From positions 64,001 to 128,000 of the forward strand of contig CALSNU010000007.1 of NCBI GenBank assembly GCA_943787795.1: a stretch of DNA of 64,000 nt. The letters are read 5' to 3'. Source of the DNA: an uncultured bacterium (GTDB taxonomy: Bacteria; Planctomycetota; UBA1135; GCA-002686595). The position numbers and the translations under genes were made by a program. The notes under the pieces are model-generated. The model saw nothing but the letters and a program-made list of their open reading frames with translations. It did no database searches and was not told the DNA's origin. This document shows positions 58,621-64,000 of the stretch, piece after piece (position 1 is the first letter of the stretch; every line of letters begins with the position of its first letter).

Positions 58621-58986
58621 GTGAAGGACATCCGCGCCTGGTCACTCGCTCTGGCCGTCTCCTGGTTCCTCCTGGGCCTTGGGGCTGGGCTAGCGGTTTC
58701 CCGACAGACTCCGAGCCCGAGCCCTCTGGCCGGATACGCTGATGCGCTCTCAGAGGAGTTCGAACTCTCAGGACGCCGCCGCCGCGTCCTGAATCAACTG
58801 CTCGACGAATACGACAGCCGCCAGCGGGAGATCCGCGACCGGCATCAGGTCGCCACGCTCGACGCGATGGAACCCGAGTTTCGGGCCCTCTGCGCCGAGT
58901 TCGACGACAAGATCCGAAACCGAATACTCCCCCCCGCCGCCCGCGCCCGCTACGACGCCCTCGCCCGTCCGCTGGCGGCTCGCTGA
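58621..58986 (+). CDS. Small membrane-anchored helical periplasmic protein (Spy/CpxP-like candidate)
   Basis: N-terminal TM; LSEEFELS and IRNRILPP patterns; third gene of the ECF locus. Confidence 0.55.
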   Translation: MKDIRAWSLALAVSWFLLGLGAGLAVSRQTPSPSPLAGYADALSEEFELSGRRRRVLNQLLDEYDSRQREIRDRHQVATLDAMEPEFRALCAEFDDKIRNRILPPAARARYDALARPLAAR

Positions 58987-59011
58987 CCGCACGCCCCACC
59001 AAATCAACTGA

Positions 59012-60778
59012 ATGGCACGCTCTTGCGGAATCCGAATCGGTCCCCGAAGGTTCGAACTCGTCGTCCTGGACGGGAGTCCTAAGCGTCACAAGATCTCCGC
59101 GTACTACGCGGGTGAGTTCACCGCGGAGGAGACCACGGCATACCTGGCTGGGGACGTCTCCAAGGTGGCTGAAGTGCTGAAGGACGCGGCCGCTTCCCAC
59201 CGCGTTCCCAAGGAGAACGTGTCGTTGGTCCTCCCGGCGGATCACGCCGCGTACCGCCGGATCACCCTCCCCTTCGCTGACCGCGGGAAGATCGACCAGG
59301 TCATCAAGTTCGAGGTCGAGAACGAGCTGCCGCAGTTCGACATCGATGACGTCGTCGTGGACTACCACGTGATGTCGGAGAACGACCAGGGGGCAGAGCT
59401 CCTCGTCTCCGCCGTCCCCAAGGACTGCGTCAGCCGCGCGATCCAGGCGATGGAGAAGGCGGGCCTCGAGCCGCTCGAGGCCGAGCTTGAGAGCTCGGCC
59501 ATGGTCAACTCCGCGCTGGCCGCCGATATCAGCCACATTGACGATGCCCAGCTCTTGGTCCACGTGGGCGAGCACTCGACGTGCGTCGCTGTCGTGGCCG
59601 GCGCCGAGCTGCGTGAGATGCGCGTGATCCACATCGGCGCCATGTCCCACCTCGGCGCGGAGCTGTCCGCGGCCTCCGCCGCGGCAGAGGAGTCGGGCAG
59701 CGATGCCGATGAGGGGGCCGCGGCGGATCAAGCAGCGGCCGAGGAGACGGCGGTGGACGCCCTCGATCCCATCGAAATGAACCGGCGGATCGACCAGGCG
59801 ATCAGGCGCATTCGTCGCGAGATTGGACGCACGATCTCGGCCGCCCGGACGGCGCAGCCGATCGACGCCATCTACGCCTGTGGCATGGAACTCCCGGGGC
59901 TCATCGGGAGCACCGTGCTCGACGTCCCGGTCTATGTCCTCGATTGCTTCGAGGAGGATTCCGGGCAGCCGTCCGAGGGCTCCGGTCAGCTCGTGGCAGC
60001 CTACGGCGGCGCCTTCCGGCAGCTGGGCGGTGGTGTGATGGCGCCCTCTCTTCGGAGGGAGGAGCTGAGCTACTCCGGCGCCTGGGAGCGCCTCGAGTTC
60101 CCCATCGCGTTCGCCGCGCTGATGCTCACCACGTTCCTCGGGATGGTGAACATCGTCCAGATCCGGAAGATCGACGCCCTCAACTACACGGGCATCCTCC
60201 AGTACCTCCGGAACGTCAACGCCTTCATCGTCGGCAGCGAGGCCTCGCGCGGCCCGGCCATCCTGAACCCAGTCCCCAAGGATCTCGTCGTGAGGGCGAG
60301 GGCCTACGAGGGCAACGTGGAGTTCGGGGGCGATGTCCAGGAGCCCCTGGACGAGCTCGAGACGATCGAGCGGATGATCAACAAGAAGGTGCTCGACCTC
60401 AAACGCGAGGTCGGGGACATCCAGGAGGTTCCGCTGCCTCCGTCGGCGTTCACGGCCATGACCTGTGTCCTCGGCGTGTTGAACGGCAATGACGACTGGC
60501 GCCCTTCACTCCGCGCGCTCAAGGCGGACTACGTGAAGAAGAACAAGGACCTGCCCGAGCACACGAAGATCCGCCTGAGCGCGTCGTTCTTCGCCGATAG
60601 CGTTGCGGAGGCCAGCGATGACATCACGGCCTTCGATTCGGCGCTCCGAGAGCAGCCCTGGTGCCTTGAGGTCGAGCCGGCAACGCTGACCCCGACGGAG
60701 GGGGACCTTGGACTCAACTTCCGAGCGAAGGTTATCCTGGTGGATCCTTCGAAGCTCTTCTCATCCCGCGCCGACTGA
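59012..60778 (+). CDS. PilM/GspL-like actin-fold protein with TM and PilN-like periplasmic region
   Basis: RITLPF...IKFEVENELPQFDIDDVVVDY...LLVSAVPK, LVHVGEHST; TM near residue 370. Confidence 0.75.
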   Translation: MARSCGIRIGPRRFELVVLDGSPKRHKISAYYAGEFTAEETTAYLAGDVSKVAEVLKDAAASHRVPKENVSLVLPADHAAYRRITLPFADRGKIDQVIKFEVENELPQFDIDDVVVDYHVMSENDQGAELLVSAVPKDCVSRAIQAMEKAGLEPLEAELESSAMVNSALAADISHIDDAQLLVHVGEHSTCVAVVAGAELREMRVIHIGAMSHLGAELSAASAAAEESGSDADEGAAADQAAAEETAVDALDPIEMNRRIDQAIRRIRREIGRTISAARTAQPIDAIYACGMELPGLIGSTVLDVPVYVLDCFEEDSGQPSEGSGQLVAAYGGAFRQLGGGVMAPSLRREELSYSGAWERLEFPIAFAALMLTTFLGMVNIVQIRKIDALNYTGILQYLRNVNAFIVGSEASRGPAILNPVPKDLVVRARAYEGNVEFGGDVQEPLDELETIERMINKKVLDLKREVGDIQEVPLPPSAFTAMTCVLGVLNGNDDWRPSLRALKADYVKKNKDLPEHTKIRLSASFFADSVAEASDDITAFDSALREQPWCLEVEPATLTPTEGDLGLNFRAKVILVDPSKLFSSRAD

Positions 60779-60806
60779 CGTCCCCCAGGAGAACAGGTAA
60801 CAACCC

Positions 60807-61343
60807 ATGATTCGCATCATGATCGGCCTGCTGCTCGCAGGCTCAGCGTTCCTCGGCTGGCAAGCCACACAGCAGCGTGAGACCATCGCTCGGTATGAGG
60901 CTGCCGTGGCAGAAGGAGGAGCCGCGGAGAAGCTCGCCCAACGGATCCTGCGGAGCGCCTTCAGCTACACCCAGTACAAGGAACGCAGCGCCAAGGAAGG
61001 CGTCAAGGGCGATGGAGCTGACCAGGTCAACTCCTACATCTTCGCCATCGCGGCCAACCCCAAGGTGCTGTGGGGCAACCCGAAGATTGAGAAGCCCAGG
61101 GACTCGAGCCCGCTCCCGGGCTACACAGACCTCACCTACAAGATCACGCCGGCGGAGAAGGACGCCTGGTTCGACCGAGCGAGGATCGCCAACTTCTTCT
61201 ATCTGCTCGAGTCGAGGAGCCGGAAGCTCCGGATCACGAGCATCGACCTGCGGACCGCCGATAAGAAGGTCAAGCCACACGAGGTGCCCGAGGACCGGTG
61301 GGCGGTGGACCTCTCGGTGACCATGCGCGAGCGGTCCAAGTAG
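60807..61343 (+). CDS. Hypothetical membrane-anchored protein (GspM/PilO-like candidate)
   Basis: N-terminal TM; IANFFYLLESRSRKLRITSIDL; follows the PilM/GspL-like gene. Confidence 0.5.
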   Translation: MIRIMIGLLLAGSAFLGWQATQQRETIARYEAAVAEGGAAEKLAQRILRSAFSYTQYKERSAKEGVKGDGADQVNSYIFAIAANPKVLWGNPKIEKPRDSSPLPGYTDLTYKITPAEKDAWFDRARIANFFYLLESRSRKLRITSIDLRTADKKVKPHEVPEDRWAVDLSVTMRERSK

Positions 61344-61354
61344 GACGAGGACCC

Positions 61355-62890
61355 GTGGCGCTCAGCACTGCCTCGACCCTCGGTGGGTCCGGCCGCTCTC
61401 GTGCCCCTCGGCGCCACGCCGGCAGATCGAGATCTGTGGCGGCAGGTCATTCGAGCTGGCCCTCCAAGCTCGCCGTGGCTTGCTGGCTGGTGACGTCTGG
61501 ATGCGGCGGCTCCGCGCCGCAGGGTGTGGCCTCCGGCGGCACGGACTCGGAGGAGGGTCTGGAGAGGATCGCTCTCGCGGGTGGAGAGGTTCCGGAAGGG
61601 CTCCTCCGCGAGCGACCTAACCTCCTCGTGATCACCATCGACACGCTCCGCGCAGACCACCTCGGTGCGTACGGCTACATGCGGCCGACGAGCCCGCAGC
61701 TGGACGAACTGGCCGCGGAGTCGGTGCTCTTCGAGCGCGCCTTGGCCCCCGTGGCCACGACGCTTCCCAGCCACACGACGATGTTCACCGGGGTCTCTCC
61801 CCACGAGCACGGGGTGCTCGCCAACATCGCCGACGGCAAGACCTACAGGCGGCGCCCCGACCTGCAGACCCTCGCGGAGCTCTTCTCGGAGAGCGGCTAT
61901 CGCACGGACGCCGTTGTGGCGGCGTTCCCCCTCCGTCCGGAGTTCGGGCTCGACGCCGGGTTCGATGGCTACTCAGCGCCGGAGGCGAAGGCCCTTGTGG
62001 CGAAGGAGGTCACGACCGCCGCGTTGGAGGTCATGGAGCGCCAGGTGAGTCTGTCGGAGCCGGGCATGCTCTGGGTGCACTTCTTCGACCCTCACGGGCC
62101 GTACACGCCCCCGCTCAGGGTCGCGCGGGGCTTCATGATGGATGATCCCACCCGTGCGTACCTGAGGGAGCGGCGATTCGCAGAGCGCGCGCAGCGCCCC
62201 ACGGGGCAGTGGAACGAGCTAGAGAAGGGCATCGACGGCTATGACGGTGAGGTCGCGTTCGTGGACCGCCAGGTCAAGCGCTTGCTCAGCAAGGGGACGG
62301 AGCTGGGCTGGGTGAGCGACGACTGTGTGATTGCGGTGCTAGGCGACCACGGAGAGGGTCTCAATCAGCACGGCGCGCCGGGCCACGGCCAGCTCTGGGA
62401 TGAGCAGCTCCACGTGCCCTGGATGATCCGGGCCCCGGGGGTCGCGCCGCGGCGGCTTCCCGAGCCAGTGACCCTCGCTGACTTTGCTCCGACGCTGCTG
62501 CACCTCTTCGACCTGCCGGGGAAGGAGGCGCTCCTCGAGCAGGTCACCGGAGTGGATCGGTTCGCGCCGATGGTGGGGCACGCGGATCTGCGGATCCTCG
62601 CGCAGACGTCACCGCGGCAGTCGGTCGTGGATGGCATCGGCTACGCGATCCGCGCCGGCAGGTGGAAGCTACACCGAGGCGAGGATGGCGAGGTGCACCT
62701 CTTTGACCTCGACTCCGATCCGTTCGAGCTGGAGGACGTCTCCCACCGCCGCCCGGAGGTCGTGGACCGCCTCTCCAATGACCTCGAGGCCGAACTTCAG
62801 CGGCAGATCTTGGGGGTGCGGACCGAGGCCGCGAGCGAGACCACGGCCGCCGAGCTGCGAGCGCTGGGCTACGGCGGCGACGACCGTTGA
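61355..62890 (+). CDS. Sulfatase-family protein with TLPSH motif
   Basis: PNLLVITIDTLRADHL, TLPSH, WVHFFDPH, GDHGE, LRALGY; start uncertain (GTG 61355). Confidence 0.85.
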   Translation: MALSTASTLGGSGRSRAPRRHAGRSRSVAAGHSSWPSKLAVACWLVTSGCGGSAPQGVASGGTDSEEGLERIALAGGEVPEGLLRERPNLLVITIDTLRADHLGAYGYMRPTSPQLDELAAESVLFERALAPVATTLPSHTTMFTGVSPHEHGVLANIADGKTYRRRPDLQTLAELFSESGYRTDAVVAAFPLRPEFGLDAGFDGYSAPEAKALVAKEVTTAALEVMERQVSLSEPGMLWVHFFDPHGPYTPPLRVARGFMMDDPTRAYLRERRFAERAQRPTGQWNELEKGIDGYDGEVAFVDRQVKRLLSKGTELGWVSDDCVIAVLGDHGEGLNQHGAPGHGQLWDEQLHVPWMIRAPGVAPRRLPEPVTLADFAPTLLHLFDLPGKEALLEQVTGVDRFAPMVGHADLRILAQTSPRQSVVDGIGYAIRAGRWKLHRGEDGEVHLFDLDSDPFELEDVSHRRPEVVDRLSNDLEAELQRQILGVRTEAASETTAAELRALGYGGDDR

Positions 62891-62894
62891 CCGT

Positions 62895-63911
62895 TCAGGC
62901 AACAGCTGCGCCGATGAGTCGGTAGAGCAAGCGAGCGCCGATGATGGCGTCCCAGGAGGACCCGCCCGGGTCACCTCTGGGCCCGGGGCTCACCTCATTC
63001 AGGTCGAGGCCGACCACCCGCCGGTCGCTGGCCGCGAGCTCTTCCAGCCAGATCATGGCCTCGTCCCACCCGAGCCCGCCCGGGACTGGGGTCCCTGTGT
63101 TCGGGCAGAGCGCGGGGTCGAGGCCGTCCACGTCGAAGCTCACGAAGACGTGTTCCGGCAGGGAGGCGACGGCCTCCCGGGCCAGGGCCCGGGTGCCACT
63201 GCCGTGTCGGGCGGCGGCAAGCTCGTGACCGAAGTGCGTCCTGACGCGTGGGTCGCCCTGAATGACGTCGTGTTCCTGCTCGCACAGATCCCTGACGCCC
63301 ACCTGGAGCAGGCGGGAGATCCCGGCAGGACCGTGCAGGGCGTTGTGCATCACGGATGCGTGGGACCACTGGAAGCCTTCGTAGGAGGGGCGCAGGTCAG
63401 CGTGGGCGTCGAACTGGAGGACGGCCATGCCGGGGAAGCGGACACCGCAGGCCTCCATTGCGCCCAGCGGCGTCGAGTGATCCCCGCCCAGGATGACCGG
63501 GAGCCCACCGTGCTCCAAGCAGCGCTCGGTGAAGGCGCGGACCTCGCCGCGGACAGCGTCGCACAGGAAATCCACCCGAGCGACCGCCGGAGCGTCGCTC
63601 GCCGTCGCGCCGCCTCGCTCGATGATCGGTGCCGCGAGCTCACGGGCCTCCAGGTTCCAGTCAGTGACCCGCGCGGCCAGGGGAGCCATCCAGATCCCGC
63701 GCTCGTAGGGCTTGTCGAAGTGAAGGTCAAAGAGATCGACCTGACGGCTGGCGGCGAGGATGGCCTCGGGGGCGTGGCAGGTGCCCGCGCGGTAGGAGGT
63801 GGTCGCCTCGAAGGGCACGCCGAGCACGTGGACGTGCGCCTCCGCCGATCTGTGGGGCAGGCCGAAGAGGCCGCTATCGGCAGGCGAGGCGGCGTTGGCG
63901 TCGAAGTCCAT
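62895..63911 (-). CDS. speB: Agmatinase/arginase family ureohydrolase
   Basis: GGDHS, DAHAD, DVDGLDP, TGTPVPGG. Confidence 0.85.
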   Translation of the reverse strand: MDFDANAASPADSGLFGLPHRSAEAHVHVLGVPFEATTSYRAGTCHAPEAILAASRQVDLFDLHFDKPYERGIWMAPLAARVTDWNLEARELAAPIIERGGATASDAPAVARVDFLCDAVRGEVRAFTERCLEHGGLPVILGGDHSTPLGAMEACGVRFPGMAVLQFDAHADLRPSYEGFQWSHASVMHNALHGPAGISRLLQVGVRDLCEQEHDVIQGDPRVRTHFGHELAAARHGSGTRALAREAVASLPEHVFVSFDVDGLDPALCPNTGTPVPGGLGWDEAMIWLEELAASDRRVVGLDLNEVSPGPRGDPGGSSWDAIIGARLLYRLIGAAVA

Positions 63912-64000
63912 GGCACGATTCTGACGGATTTGGCGGAGAAACGCCCGTGCGGGGGCTTCCTGAGGGCGGAGCCTCCCGAAGAGATCAGTGGGGCGGTGTG

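Noticed and set aside
59013..59026. TGGCAC-N4-TTGC sigma54-like site (and TGGCAC at 63911)
   Set aside because: Wrong spacing or missing -12 element, and both overlap start codons

Overview
High-GC bacterial chromosomal window with no rRNA, tRNA, CRISPR array or transposase that I could recognise. The gene content (sulfatases, FG-GAP protein, secreted proteins sharing a C-terminal domain) suggests a Planctomycetota-type genome, which is inference only. Positions 1-22 kb hold a flagellar cluster: three short flagellins, fliD, fliS, fliOPQR, flhBAFG, fliA, five uncharacterised genes, and a displaced flgM and CheC-like gene, with recognisable sigma54 and sigma28 promoters. The rest is housekeeping and accessory: peptidases, sulfatases, two DEAD-box helicases, sfsA, a TroABCD-type metal ABC transporter, prfB with its +1 frameshift, purH, a nanA plus Kelch-SSS fusion, ribBA, an ECF sigma/anti-sigma pair, a PilM-like gene and agmatinase. 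The best signals not shown by the ORF track are: (1) a thioredoxin-fold selenoprotein candidate (UxxC, UGA at 35960, hairpin 11 nt downstream) directly after prfB; (2) a covarying RNA hairpin shared by the leaders of flagellins 2 and 3; (3) a shared C-terminal domain of about 135 aa on two unrelated secreted proteins, a candidate sorting signal; (4) a candidate oriC at about 55.6-56.05 kb away from dnaA; (5) recurrent -10 elements just before start codons, suggesting leaderless mRNAs; (6) tandem repeats that start at stop codons. All calls are by eye from motifs; no searches were run.
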